In this document: positions 19,901 through 34,900 of the stretch, in pieces
Layout of the letters: the number at the start of each line of letters is the position of its first letter
Position numbering within the stretch: position 1 is the stretch's first letter
Translations under genes and position numbers: made by a program
Assembly: GCA_964016885.1 (NCBI GenBank)
Contig: OZ024742.1
Span: 4,588,001-4,652,000 of the forward strand
DNA length: 64,000 nt
Reading direction: 5' to 3'
Source: Eledone cirrhosa
Taxonomy: Eukaryota
Notes under the pieces: model-generated
The model's database searches: none
Told to the model about the DNA's origin: nothing
What the model saw: only the letters and a program-made list of their open reading frames with translations

Positions 19901-22900
19901 TATAGTAGTTATAGTCAGGTGGTATAGTAGTTATAGTTATGTGGTATAGTAGTCAAAGTTATGTGGTATAGTAGTTATAGTTATGTTGTATAGTAGTCAT
20001 AGTTATGTTGTATAGTAGTTATAGTTATGTGGTATAGTAGTCATAGTTATGTGGTATAGTAGTCAAAGTTATGTGGTATAGTAGTTATAGTTATGTTGTA
20101 TAGTAGTCATAGTTATGTTGTATAGTAGTTATAGTTATGTGGTATAGTAGTCATAGTTATGTGGTATAGTAGTTATAGTTATGTGGTATAGTAGTCATAG
20201 TTATGTGGTATAGTAGTTAGAGTTATGTGGTATAGTAGTTACAGTTATGTAGTATAGTAGTTATAGTTATGTGGTATATTAGTCATAGTTATGTGGTATA
20301 GTAGTTAGAGTTATGTGGTATAGTAGTTATAGTTATGTGGTATAGTAGTCATAGTTATGTGGTATATTAGTTATAGTTATGTGATATAGTAGTTATAGTC
20401 AGATGGTATAGTAGTTATAGTTATGTGGTATAGTAGTTATAGTTATGTGCTATAGTAGTCATAGTTATGTGGTATAGTAGTTATAGTTATGTGCTATAGT
20501 AGTCATAGTCATGTGGTATAGTAGTTATAGTTATGTGGTATAGTAGTCATAGTTATGTGGTATAGTAGTTATAGTTATGTGGTATAGTAGATATAGTCAG
20601 ATGGTATAGTAGTTATAGTCATGTGGTATAGTAGTTATAGTTATGTGCTATAGTAGTCATAGTTATGTGGTATAGTAGTTATAGTTATGTGCTATAGTAG
20701 TCATAGTTATGTGGTATAGTAGTTATAGTTATGTTGTATAGTAGTTATAGTTATGTGGTATAGTAGTCATAGTTATGTGGTATAGTAGTTATAGTTATGT
20801 GGTTTAGTAGTTATAGTTATGTGGTATCTTAGTCATAGATATGTGGTACAGTAGTTATAGTTATGTGGTATAGTAGTAATAGTTATGTGATATAGTAGTT
20901 ATAGTCAGATGGTATAGTAGTTATAGTTATGTGGTATAGTAGTTATAGTCAGATGGTATAGTAGTTATAGTTATGTGGTATAGTAGTTATATTTATGTGC
21001 TATAGGAGTCATAGTTATGTGGTATAGTAGTTATAGTTATGTGCTATAGTAGTCTTATTTATATGGTATAGAAGTTATAGTTACGTGGTATAGTAGTCAT
21101 AGTGATGTGATATATTAGTTATAGTTATGTGGTATAGTAGTTATAGTTATGTGCTATAGTAGTTATAGTTATGTGGTATATTAGTTATAGTTATGTGCTA
21201 TAGTAGTTATAGTTATGTGGTATAGTATTTATAGTTATGTGCTATAGTAGTCATAGTCATGTGGTATAGTAGTTATAATTATGTGGTATAGTAGTAATAG
21301 TTATGAGGTATAGTAGTTATATGTATGTGGTATAGTAGTTATAGTCACATGGTATAGTAGTTATAGTTATTTGGTATAGTAGTTATAGTTATGTGATATA
21401 GTAGTTATAGTTATGTGATATAGTAGTTATAGTCAGATGGTATAGTAGTTATAGTCACATGGTATAGTAGTTATAGTTATGTGGTATAGTAGTTATAGTT
21501 ATGTGATATAGTAGTTATAGTTATGTGATATAGTAGTTATAGTCAGATGGTATAGTAGTTATAGTTATGTGGTATAGTAGTTATAGTTATGTGGTATAGT
21601 AGTCATAGTCATGTGGTATATTAGTTATAGTTATGTGATATAGTAGTTATAGTCAGATGGTATAGTAGTTATAGTTATGTGGTATAGTAGTCATAGTTAT
21701 GTGGTATAGTAGTTATAGTTATGTTGTATAGTAGTTATAGTTGTATGGTATAGTAGTCATAGTCATGTGGTATAGTAGTCATAGATATGTGGCATAGTAG
21801 TTATAATCAGATGGTATAATAGTTATAATTATGTGGTATAGTAGTTAGAGTTATGTGGTATAGTAGTTATAGTTATGTGGTATAGTAGTTATAGTCAGAT
21901 GGTATAGTAGTTATAGTCAGTAGGTATAGTAGTTATAGTTATGTGGTATAGTAGTTATAGTTATGTGGTATGGTAGTTATAGTTATGTGGTATAGTAGTT
22001 ATAGATATGTGGTATAGTAGGTATACTTATATGGTATAGTAGTTATAGTTATGTGATATAGAAGTTATAGTTATGTTGTATAGTAGTTATAGTTATGTGG
22101 TATAGTAGTCATAGTTTTGTGGTATAGTAGTTATAGTTGTGTGGTATAGTAGTTGTCGTCAGATAGTATAGTAGTTATAGGTATGTAGTATAGTAGTTAT
22201 AGTTATGTGATATAGTAATTATAGGTATGTGGTATAGTAGTTGTAGTTATGTGGTATAGTAGTCATAGTTAGATGGTATAGTAGTTATAGTCAGATGGTA
22301 TATTAGTTATAGTTATGTGGTATAGTAGTTATTGTTATGTGGTATAGTAGTTATAGTCATGTGGTATAGTAGTTATAGTTATGTGGTATAGTTGTCAAAT
22401 ATATGTGGTATAGTAGTTATAGTTATGTGGTAGAGTAGTTATAGTTATGTGGTATAGTAGTCATAGTTATGTTGTATAGTAGGTATAGTTATGTGGTATA
22501 GTAGTTATAGTCAGATGGTATAGTAATTATAGTTATGTGGTATAGTAGTCATAGTTATGTGGTATAGTAGTTATAGTTATGTTGTATAGTAGTTATAGTT
22601 GTATAGTATAGTAGTTATAGTTATGTGGTATAGTAGTCATAGTTATGTTGTATAGTAGTTATAGTTATGTGGTATAGTAGTCATAGTTATGTAGTATAGT
22701 AGTCATGGTTATGTGGTATAGTAGTCATAGTTATGTGGTATAGTAGTTAGAGTTATGTCGTATAGTAGATATAGTTATGTAGTATAGTAGTTATAGTTAT
22801 CTGGTATTTTAGTCATAGTTATGTGGTATAGTAGTTAGAGTTATGTGGTATAGTAGATATAGTTATGTAGTATAGTAGTTATAGTTATGTGGTATAGTAG

Positions 22901-25900
22901 TTATAGTTATGTGGTATAGTAGTCATACATATGTGGCATAGTAGTTATAATCAGATGGTATAGTAGTTATAATTATGTGGTATAGTAGTTAGAGTTATGT
23001 GGTATAGTAGTTATAGTTATGTGGTATAGTAGTCATAGTCAGATGGTATAGTAGTTATAGTTATGTGGTATAATAGTCATAGTCATGTGGTATAGTAGTT
23101 ATAATTATGTGGTATAATAGTTATAGTTAGGTTGTATAGTAGTTATAGTTATGTGGTAGAGTAGTTATAGTTATGTTGTATAGTAGTTATAATTATGTGG
23201 TATAGTAGTCATAGTTATGTGGTATAGTAGTTATAGTTATCTGCTATAGTAGTCATAGTCATGTGGTATAGTTGTTATAATTATGTGGTATAGTAGTTAT
23301 AGTTAGGTTGTATAGTAGTTATAGTTATGTGGTAGAGTAGTTATAGTTATGTGGTATAGTAGTTATAGTTATGTGGTTTAGTAGTTATAGTTATGTGGTA
23401 TAGTAGTTATAGTTATGTTTTATAGTAGTTATAGTTATGTGGTATCTTAGTCATAGTTATGTGGTACAGTAGTTACAGTTATGTGGTATAGTAGTCATAG
23501 TTATGTGGTATAGTAGTTATAGTTATGTGGTATAGTAGTTATAGTCAGATGGTATAGTAGTTATAGTTATGTGGTATAGTAGTTATAGTTATGTGGTATA
23601 GTAGCTATAGTTATGTGGTATAGTAGTTACAGTTATGTGGTATAGTAGTTATAGTTATGTGGTATAGTAGTTATAGTTATGTGGTATAGTAGTCATAGTT
23701 ATGTGGTATAGCAGTTATAGTTATGTGGTATAATAGTTATAGTTATGTGGTATAGTAGTTATAGTTATGTGGTATAGTAGTTATAGTTATGTGGTATAGT
23801 AGTTATAGTTATGTGGTATAGTAGTTATAGTTATGTGGTATAGTAGTTATAGTTATGTTGTATAGTAGTTATAGTTATGTGGTATAGTAGTTATAGTTAT
23901 GTGGTATAGTAGTTATAGTTATGTGCTATAGTAGTCATAGTCATGTGGTATAGTTGTTATAGTTATGTGGTATAGTAGTTATAGTTAGGTTGTATAGTAG
24001 TTATAGTTATGTGGTATAGTAGTTATAGTTATGTGGTATAGTAGTCATATTTATGTGGTATAGTAGTTAGAGTTATGTGGTATAGTAGTTATAGTTATGT
24101 GGTATAGTAGTTATAGTTATGTTGTATAGTAGTTATATTTATGTGGTATAGTAGTTATAGTTATGTGGTATAGTAGTCATAGTCATGTGGTATAGTAGTT
24201 ATAGTTATGTGGTATAGTAGTTATAGTCAGATGGTATAGTAGTTAGAGTTATGTGGTATAGTAGTCATAGTTATGTGGTATAGTAGTTAGAGTTATGTTG
24301 TATAGTAGTTATAGTTGTATGGTATAGTAGTCATAGTCATGTGGTATAGTAGTTATAGATATGTGGTATAGTAGTCATAGTCATATGGTATAGTAGTTAT
24401 AGTTATGTCGTATAGTAGTTATAGTCAGATGGTATAGTAGTTATAGTTATATGGTATAGTAGTTATAGTTATGTGGTATAGTAGTTATAGTCAGATGGTA
24501 TATTAGTTATAGTTATGTGGTATAGTAGTCATAGTTATGTGGTGTAGTAGTTATAGTTATGTTGTATAGTAGTTATAGTTGTATGGTATAGTAGTTATAG
24601 TTATGTGGTATAGTAGTCATAGTTATGTTGTATAGTAGTTATAGTTATGTGGTATAGTAGTCATAGTTATGTGGTATAGTAGTCATAGTTATGTGGTATA
24701 GTAGTCATAGTTATGTGGTATAGTAGTTAGAGTTATGTCGTATAGTAGTTATAGTTATGTAGTATAGTAGTTATAGTTATGTGGTATATTAGTCATAGTT
24801 ATGTGGTATAGTAGTTAGAGGTATGTGGTATAGTAGATATAGTTATGTAGTATAGTAGTTAGAGTTATGTGGTATAGTAGTTATAGTTATGTGGTATAGT
24901 AGTTATAGTCAGATGGTATAGTAGTTATAGTTATGTGGTATAGTAGTTATAGTTATGTGGTATAGTAGTTATAGTTATGTGGTATGGTAGTTATAGTTAT
25001 GTGGTATAGTAGTTATAGATATGTGGTATAGTAGGTATACTTATATGGTATAGTAGTTATAGTTATGTGATATAGTAGTTATAGTTATGTTGTATAGTAG
25101 TTATAGTTATGTGGTATAGTAGTCATAGTTTTGTGGTATAGTAGTTATAGTTGTGTGGTATAGTAGTTGTCGTCAGATAGTATAGTAGTTATAGGTATGT
25201 GGTATAGTAGTTATAGTTATGTGGTATAGTAGTTATAATCAGATGGTATAATAGTTATAATTATGTGGTATAGTAGTTAGAGTTATGTGGTATAGTAGTT
25301 ATAGTTATGTGGTATAGTAGTTATAATCAGATGGTATAGAAGTTATAGTTATGTGGTATAGTCGTTATAGTTATGTGGTATAGTAGTTATAGTTATGTGG
25401 TATGGTAGTTATAGTTATGTGGTATAGTAGTTATAGATATGTGGTATAGTAGTTATAGTTATGTGGTATAGTAGTCATAGTTTTGTGGTATAGTAGTTAT
25501 AGTTGTGTGGTATAGTAGTTGTCGTCAGATAGTATAGTAGTTATAGGTATGTGGTATAGTAGTTATAGTTATGTGATATAGTAATTATAGGTATGTGGTA
25601 TAGTAGTTGTAGTTATGTGGTATAGTAGTCATAGTTAGATGGTATAGTAGTTATAGTCAGATGGTTTATTAGTTATAGTTATGTGGTATAGTAGTTATTG
25701 TTATGTGGTATAGTAGTTATAGTTATGTGGTATAGTAGTTATAGTTATGTGGTATAGTTGTCAAAGATATGTGGTATAGTAGTTATAGTTATGTGGTATA
25801 GTAATTATAGTTATGTGGTATAGTAGTCATAGTTATGTTGTATAGAAGGTATCGTTATGTGGTATAGTAGTTATAGTCAGATGGTATAGTAGTTATAGTT

Positions 25901-28900
25901 ATGTGGTATAGTAGTTATAGTTTTGTGATATAGTAATTATAGGTATGTGGTATAGTAGTTATAGTTAGGTGGTATAGTAATCATAATCAGATGGTATAGC
26001 AGTTATAGTTATGTGGTATATAGTTATAGTTATGTGTTATAGTAGTTATAGTTATGTGGTAGAGTAGTTATAGTTATGTGGTATAGTAGTTATAGTTATG
26101 TGGTATAGTAGTTATAGTCAGATGGTATAGTAGTTATAGTTATGTGGTATAGTAGTTATAGTTTTGTGATATAGTAGTTATAGTTATGTGGTATAGTAGT
26201 TATAATTATGTGGTATAGTAGTTACAGTTATGTGGTATAGTAGTTATAGTTATGTGGTATAGTAGTTATAGTTATGTGGTATAGTAGTTATAATTATGTG
26301 GTATAGTAGTTACAGTTATGTGGTATAGTAGTTATAGTTATGTGGTATAGTAGTTATAGTTATGTGGTATAGTAGTCATAGTTATGTGGTATAGTAGTTA
26401 TAGTTATGTGGTATAATAGTTATATTTATGTGGTATAGTAGTTATAGTTATTTGGTATAGTAGTTATAGTTATGTGGTATAGTAGTGATATTTATGTGGT
26501 ATAGTAGTCATAGTCATGTGGTATAGTAGTTATAGTTATGGGGTATAGTAGTTATAGTCAGATGGTATAGTAGTTATAGTTATGTGGTATAGTAGTCATA
26601 GTTATGTGGTATAGTAGTTATAGTTATGTTGTATAGTAGTTATAGTTGTATGATATAGTAGTCATAGTCATGTGGTATAGTAGTTATAGATATGTGGTAT
26701 AGTAGTCATAGTCAGATGGTATAGTAGTTATAGTTATGTGGTATAGTAGTTATAGTCAGATGGTATAGTAGTTATAGTTATATGGTATAGTAGTTATAGT
26801 TATGTGGTATAGTAGTTATAGTCAGATGGTATAGTAGTTATAGTTATGTGGTATAGTAGTCATAGTTATGTGGTATAGTAGTTATAGTTATGTTGTATAG
26901 TAGTTATAGTTGTATAGTATAGTAGTTATAGTTATGTGGTATAGTAGTCATAGTTATGTTGTATAGTAGTTATATTTATGTGGTATAGTAGTCATAGTTA
27001 TGTAGTATAGTAGTCATAGTTATGTGGTATAGTAGTCATAGTTATGTGGTATAGTAGTTAGAGTTATGTCGTATAGTAGTTATAGTTATGTAGTATAGTA
27101 GTTATAGTTATGTGGTATTTTAGTCAGAGTTATGTGGTATAGTAGTCATAGATATGTGGCATAGTAGTTATAATCAGATGGTATAGTAGTTATAATTATG
27201 TGGTATAGTAGTTAGAGTTATGTGGTATAGTAGTTATAGATATGTGGTATAGTAGTCATAGTCAGATGGTATAGTAGTTATAGTTATGTGGTATAATAGT
27301 CATAGTCATGTGGTATAGTAGTTATAATTATGTGGTATAATAGTTATAGTTAGGTTGTATAGTAGTTATAGTTATGTTGTATAGTAGTTATAGTTATGTG
27401 GTATAGTAGTCATAGTTATGTGGTATAGTAGTTATAGTTATCTGCTATAGTAGTCATAGTCATGTGGTATAGTTGTTATAATTATGTGGTATAGTAGTTA
27501 TAGTTAGGTTGTATAGTAGTTATACTTATGTGGTAGAGTAGTTATAGTTATGTGGTAGAGTAGTTATAGTTATGTGGTATAGTAGTTATAGTTATGTGGT
27601 ATAGTAGTTATAATTATGTGGTATAGTAGTTACAGTTATGTGGTATAGTAGTTATAGTTATGTGGTATAGTAGTTATAGTTATGTGGTATAGTAGTCATA
27701 GTTATGTGGTATAGTAGTTATAGTTATGTGGTATAATAGTTATATTTATGTGGTATAGTAGTTATAGTTATTTGGTATAGTAGTTATAGTTATGTGGTAT
27801 AGTAGTGATATTTATGTGGTATAGTAGTCATAGTCATGTGGTATAGTAGTTATAGTTATGGGGTATAGTAGTTATAGTCAGATGGTATAGTAGTTATAGT
27901 TATGTGGTATAGTAGTCATAGTTATGTGGTATAGTAGTTATAGTTATGTTGTATAGTAGTTATAGTTGTATGATATAGTAGTCATAGTCATGTGGTATAG
28001 TAGTTATAGATATGTGGTATAGTAGTCATAGTCAGATGGTATAGTAGTTATAGTTATGTGGTATAGTAGTTATAGTCAGATGGTATAGTAGTTATAGTTA
28101 TATGGTATAGAAGTTATAGTTATGTGGTATAGTAGTTATAGTCAGATGGTATAGTAGTTATAGTTATGTGGTATAGTAGTCATAGTTATGTGGTATAGTA
28201 GTTATAGTTATGTTGTATAGTAGTTATAGTTGTATAGTATAGTAGTTATAGTTATGTGGTATAGTAGTCATAGTTATGTTGTATAGTAGTTATATTTATG
28301 TGGTATAGTAGTCATAGTTATGTAGTATAGTAGTCATAGTTATGTGGTATAGTAGTCATAGTTATGTGGTATAGTAGTTAGAGTTATGTCGTATAGTAGT
28401 TATAGTTATGTAGTATAGTAGTTATAGTTATGTGGTATTTTAGTCAGAGTTATGTGGTATAGTAGTCATAGATATGTGGCATAGTAGTTATAATCAGATG
28501 GTATAGTAGTTATAATTATGTGGTATAGTAGTTAGAGTTATGTGGTATAGTAGTTATAGATATGTGGTATAGTAGTCATAGTCAGATGGTATAGTAGTTA
28601 TAGTTATGTGGTATAATAGTCATAGTCATGTGGTATAGTAGTTATAATTATGTGGTATAATAGTTATAGTTAGGTTGTATAGTAGTTATAGTTATGTGGT
28701 AGAGTAGTTATAGTTACGTTGTATAGTAGTTATAGTTATGTGGTATAGTAGTCATAGTTATGTGGTATAGTAGTTATAGTTATCTGCTATAGTAGTCATA
28801 GTCATGTGGTATAGTTGTTATAATTATGTGGTATAGAAGTTATAGTTAGGTTGTATAGTAGTTATACTTATGTGGTAGAGTAGTTATAGTTATGTTGTAT

Positions 28901-31900
28901 AGTAGTTGTAGGTATGTGGTATAGTAGTCATAGTTATGTGGTACAGTAGTTACAGTTATGTGGTATAGTAGTCATAGTTATGTGGTATAGTAGTTATAGT
29001 TATGTGGTATAGTAGTTATAGTCAGATGGTATAGTAGTTATAGTTATGTGGTATAGTAGTTATAGTTATGTGGTATAGTAGTTATAGTTATGTGGTATAG
29101 TAGTTATAGTTATGTGGTATAGTAGTCATAGTTATGTGGTATAGCAGTTATAGTTATGTGGTATAATAGTTATAGTTATGTGGTATAGTAGTTATAGTTA
29201 TGTGGTATAGTAGTTATAGTTATGTGGTATAGTAGTTATAGTTATGTGGTATAGTAGTTATAGTTATGTGGTATAGTAGTTATAGTTATGTTGTATAGTA
29301 GTTATAGTTATGTGGTATAGTAGTTATAGTTATGTGCTATAGTAGTCATAGTCATGTGGTATAGTTGTTATAGTTATGTGGTATAATAGTCATAGTCATG
29401 TGGTATAGTAGTTATAATTATGTGGTATAATAGTTATAGTTAGGTTGTATAGTAGTTATAGTTATGTGGTAGAGTAGTTATAGTTATGTTGTATAGTAGT
29501 TATAGTTATGTGGTATAGTAGTTATAGTTATCTGCTATAGTAGTCATAGTCATGTGGTATAGTTGTTATAATTATGTGGTATAGTAGTTATAGTTAGGTT
29601 GTATAGTAGTTATAGTTATGTGGTAGAGTAGTTATAGTTATGTGGTATAGTAGTTATAGTTATGTGGTTTAGTAGTTATAGTTATGTGGTATAGTAGTTA
29701 TAGTTATGTTTTATAGTAGTTATAGTTATGTGGTATCTTAGTCATAGTTATGTGGTACAGTAGTTACAGTTATGTGGTATAGTAGTCATAGTTATGTGGT
29801 ATAGTAGTTATAGTTATGTGGTATAGTAGTTATAGTCAGATGGTATAGTAGTTATAGTTATGTGGCATAGTAGTTATAGTTATGTGGTATATTAGTTATA
29901 GTTATGTGGTATAGTAGTTACAGTTATGTGGTATAGTAGTTATAGTTATGTGGTATAGTAGTTATAGTTATGTGGTATAATAGTTATAGTTATGTGGTAT
30001 AGTAGTTACAGTTATGTGGTATAGTAGTTATAGTTATGTGGTATAGTAGTTATAATTATGTGGTATAGTAGTCATAGTTATGTGGTATAGCAGTTATAGT
30101 TATGTGGTATAATAGTTATAGTTATGTGGTATAGTAGTTATAGTTATGTGGTATAGTAGTTATAGTTATGTGGTATAGTAGTTATAGTTATGTGGTATAG
30201 TAGTTATAGTTATGTGGTATAGTAGATATAGTTATGTTGTATAGTAGTTATAGTTATGTGGTATAGTAGTTATAGTTATGTGGTATAGTAGTTATAGTTA
30301 TGTGCTATAGTAGTCATAGTCATGTGGTATAGTTGTTATAGTTATGTGGTATAGTAGTTATAGTTAGGTTGTATAGTAGTTATAGTTATGTGGTATAGTA
30401 GTTATAGTTATGTGGTATAGTAGTCATATTTATGTGGTATAGTAGTTAGAGTTATGTGGTATAGTAGTTATAGTTATGTGGTATAGTAGTTATAGTTATG
30501 TTGTATAGTAGTTATATTTATGTGGTATAGTAGTTATAGTTATGTGGTATAGTAGTCATAGTCATGTGGTATAGTAGTTATAGTTATGTGGTATAGTAGT
30601 TATAGTCAGATGGTATAGTAGTTAGAGTTATGTGGTATAGTAGTCATAGTTATGTGGTATAGTAGTTAGAGTTATGTTGTATAGTAGTTATAGTTGTATG
30701 GTATAGTAGTCATAGTCATGTGGTATAGTAGTTATAGATATGTGGTATAGTAGTCATAGTCATATGGTATAGTAGATATAGTTATGTCGTATAGTAGTTA
30801 TAGTCAGATGGTATAGTAGTTATAGTTATATGGTATAGTAGTTATAGTTATGTGGTATAGTAGTTATAGTCAGATGGTATATTAGTTATAGTTATGTGGT
30901 ATAGTAGTCATAGTTATGTGGTATAGTAGTTATAGTTATGTTGTATAGTAGTTATAGTTGTATGGTATAGTAGTTATAGTTATGTGGTATAGTAGTCATA
31001 GTTATGTTGTATAGTAGTTATAGTTATGTGGTATAGTAGTCATAGTTATGTGGTATAGTAGTCATAGTTATGTGGTATAGTAGTCATAGTTATGTGGTAT
31101 AGTAGTTAGAGTTATGTCGTATAGTAGTTATAGTTATGTAGTATAGTAGTTATAGTTATGTGGTATATTAGTCATAGTTATGTGGTATAGTAGTTAGAGG
31201 TATGTGGTATAGTAGATATAGTTATGTAGTATAGTAGTTAGAGTTATGTGGTATAGTAGTTATAGTTATGTGGTATAGTAGTTATAGTCAGATGGTATAG
31301 TAGTTATAGTTATGTGGTATAGTAGTTATAGTTATGTGGTATAGTAGTTATAGTTATGTGGTATGGTAGTTGTAGTTATGTGGTATAGTAGTTATAGATA
31401 TGTGGTATAGTAGGTATACTTATATGGTATAGTAGTTATAGTTATGTGATATAGTAGTTATAGTTATGTTGTATAGTAGTTATACTTATGTGGTATAGTA
31501 GTCATAGTTTTGTGGTATAGTAGTTATAGTTGTGTGGTATAGTAGTTGTCGTCAGATAGTATAGTAGTTATAGGTATGTGGTATAGTAGTTATAGTTATG
31601 TGGTATAGTAGTTATAATCAGATGGTATAATAGTTATAATTATGTGGTATAGTAGTTAGAGTTATGTAGTTTAGTAGTTATAGTTATGTGGTATAGTAGT
31701 TATAGTCAGATGGTATAGTAGTTATAGTTATGTGGTATAGTAGTTATAGTTATGTGGTATAGTAGTTATAGTTATGTGGTATGGTAGTTATAGTTATGTG
31801 GTATAGTAGTTATAGATATGTGGTATAGTAGGTATACTTATATGGTATAGTAGTTATAGTTATGTGATATAGTAGTTATAGTTATGTTGTATAGTAGTTA

Positions 31901-34900
31901 TAGTTATGTGGTATAGTAGTTCTAGTTTTGTGGTATAGTAGTTATAGTTGTGTGGTATAGTAGTTGTCGTCAGATAGTATAGTAGTTATAGGTATGTGGT
32001 ATAGTAGTTATAGTTATGTGATATAGTAATTATAGGTATGTGGTATAGTAGTTGTAGTTATGTGGTATAGTAGTCATAGTTAGATGGTATAGTAGTTATA
32101 GTCAGATGGTTTATTAGTTATAGTTATGTGGTATAGTAGTTATTGTTATGTGGTATAGTAGTTATAGTTATGTGGTATAGTAGTTATAGTTATGTGGTAT
32201 AGTTGTCAAAGATATGTGGTATAGTAGTTATAGTTATGTGGTATAGTAGTTATAGTTATGTGGTATAGTAGTCATAGTTATGTTGTATAGTAGGTATAGT
32301 TATGTGGTATAGTAGTTATAGTCAGATGGTATAGTAGTTATAGTTATGTGGTATAGTAGTTATAGTTTTGTGATATAGTAATTATAGGTATGTGGTATAG
32401 TAGTTATAGTTAGGTGGTATAGTAATCATAATCAGATGGTATAGCAGTTATAGTTATGTGGTATATAGTTATAGTTATGTGTTATAGTAGTTATAGTTAT
32501 GTGGTAGAGTAGTTATAGTTATGTGGTATAGTAGTTATAGTTATGTGGTATAGTAGTTATAGTCAGATGGTATAGTAGTTATAGTTATGTGGTATAGTAG
32601 TTATAGTTTTGTGATATAGTAGTTATAGTTATGTGGTATAGTAGTTATAATTATGTGGTATAGTAGTTACATTTATGTGGTATAGTAGTTATAGTTATGT
32701 GGTATAGTAGTTATAGTTATGTGGTATAGTAGTTATAATTATGTGGTATAGTAGTTACAGTTATGTGGTATAGTAGTTATAGTTATGTGGTATAGTAGTT
32801 ATAGTTATGTGGTATAGTAGTCATAGTTATTTGGTATAGTAGTTATAGTTATGTGGTATAGTAGTGATATTTATGTGGTATAGTAGTCATAGTCATGTGG
32901 TATAGTAGTTATAGTTATGGGGTATAGTAGTTATAGTCAGATGGTATAGTAGTTATAGTTATGTGGTATAGTAGTCATAGTTATGTGGTATAGTAGTTAT
33001 AGTTATGTTGTATAGTAGTTATAGTTGTATGATATAGTAGTCATAGTCATGTGGTATAGTAGTTATAGATATGTGGTATAGTAGTCATAGTCAGATGGTA
33101 TATTAGTTATAGTTATGTGGTATAGTAGTTATAGTCAGATGGTATAGTAGTTATAGTTATATGGTATAGTAGTTATAGTTATGTGGTATAGTAGTTATAG
33201 TCAGATGGTATAGTAGTTATAGTTATGTGGTATAGTAGTCATAGTTATGTGGTATAGTAGTTATAGTTATGTTGTATAGAAGTTATAGTTGTATAGTATA
33301 GTAGTTATAGTTATGTGGTATAGTAGTCATAGTTATGTTGTATAGTAGTTATAGTTATGTGGTATAGTAGTCATAGTTATGTAGTATAGTAGTCATAGTT
33401 ATGTGGTATAGTAGTCATAGTTATGTGGTATAGTAGTTAGAGTTATGTCGTATAGTAGTTATAGTTATGTAGTATAGTAGTTATAGTTATGTGGTATTTT
33501 AGTCAGAGTTATGTGGTATAGTAGTTAGAGTTATGTGGTATAGTAGATATAGTTATGTAGTATAGTAGTTATAGTTATGTGGTATAGTAGTTATAGTTAT
33601 GTGGTATAGTAGTCATAGATATGTGGCATAGTAGTTATAATCAGATGGTATAGTAGTTATAATTATGTGGTATAGTAGTTAGAGTTATGTGGTATAGTAG
33701 TTATAGATATGTGGTATAGTAGTCATAGTCAGATGGTATAGTAGTTATAGTTATGTGGTATAATAGTCATAGTCATGTGGTATAGTAGTTATAATTATGT
33801 GGTATAATAGTTATAGTTAGGTTGTATAGTAGTTATAGTTATGTGGTAGAGTAGTTATAGTTATGTTGTATAGTAGTTATAGTTATGTGGTATAGTAGTC
33901 ATAGTTATGTGGTATAGTAGTTATAGTTATCTGCTATAGTAGTCATAGTCATGTGGTATAGTTGTTATAATTATGTGGTATAGTAGTTATAGTTAGGTTG
34001 TATAGTAGTTATACTTATGTGGTAGAGTAGTTATAGTTATGTTGTATAGTAGTTGTAGGTATGTGGTATAGTAGTCATAGTTATGTGGTACAGTAGTTAC
34101 AGTTATGTGGTATAGTAGTCATAGTTATGTGGTATAGTAGTTATAGTTATGTGGTATAGTAGTTATAGTCAGATGGTATAGTAGTTATAGTTATGTGGTA
34201 TAGTAGTTATAGTTATGTGGTATAGTAGTTATAGTTATGTGGTATAGTAGTTATAGTTATGTGGTATAGTAGTCATAGTTATGTGGTATAGCAGTTATAG
34301 TTATGTGGTATAATAGTTATAGTTATGTGGTATAGTAGTTATAGTTATGTGGTATAGTAGTTATAGTTATGTGGTATAGTAGTTATAGTTATGTGGTATA
34401 GTAGTTATAGTTATGTGGTATAGTAGTTATAGTTATGTGGTATAGTAGTTATAGTTATGTGGTATAGTAGTTATAGTTATGTGCTATAGTAGTCATAGTC
34501 ATGTGGTATAGTTGTTATAGTTATGTGGTATAGTAGTTATAGTTAGGTTGTATAGTAGTTATAGTTATGTGGTATAGTAGTTATAGTTATGTGGTATAGT
34601 AGTCATAGTTATGTGGTATAGTAGTTAGAGTTATGTGGTATAGCAGTTATAGTTATGTGGTATAGTAGTTATAGTTATGTTGTATAGTAGTTATATTTAT
34701 GTGGTATAGTAGTCATAGTTATGTGGTATAGTAGTTATATGTATGTGGTATAGTAGTTATAGTCACATGGTATAGTAGTTATAGTTATGTGGTATAGTAG
34801 TTATAGTTATGTGATATAGTAGTTATAGTTATGTGGTATAGTAGTTATAGTTATGTGGTATAGTAGTCATAGTCATGTGGTATAGTAGTTATAGTTATGT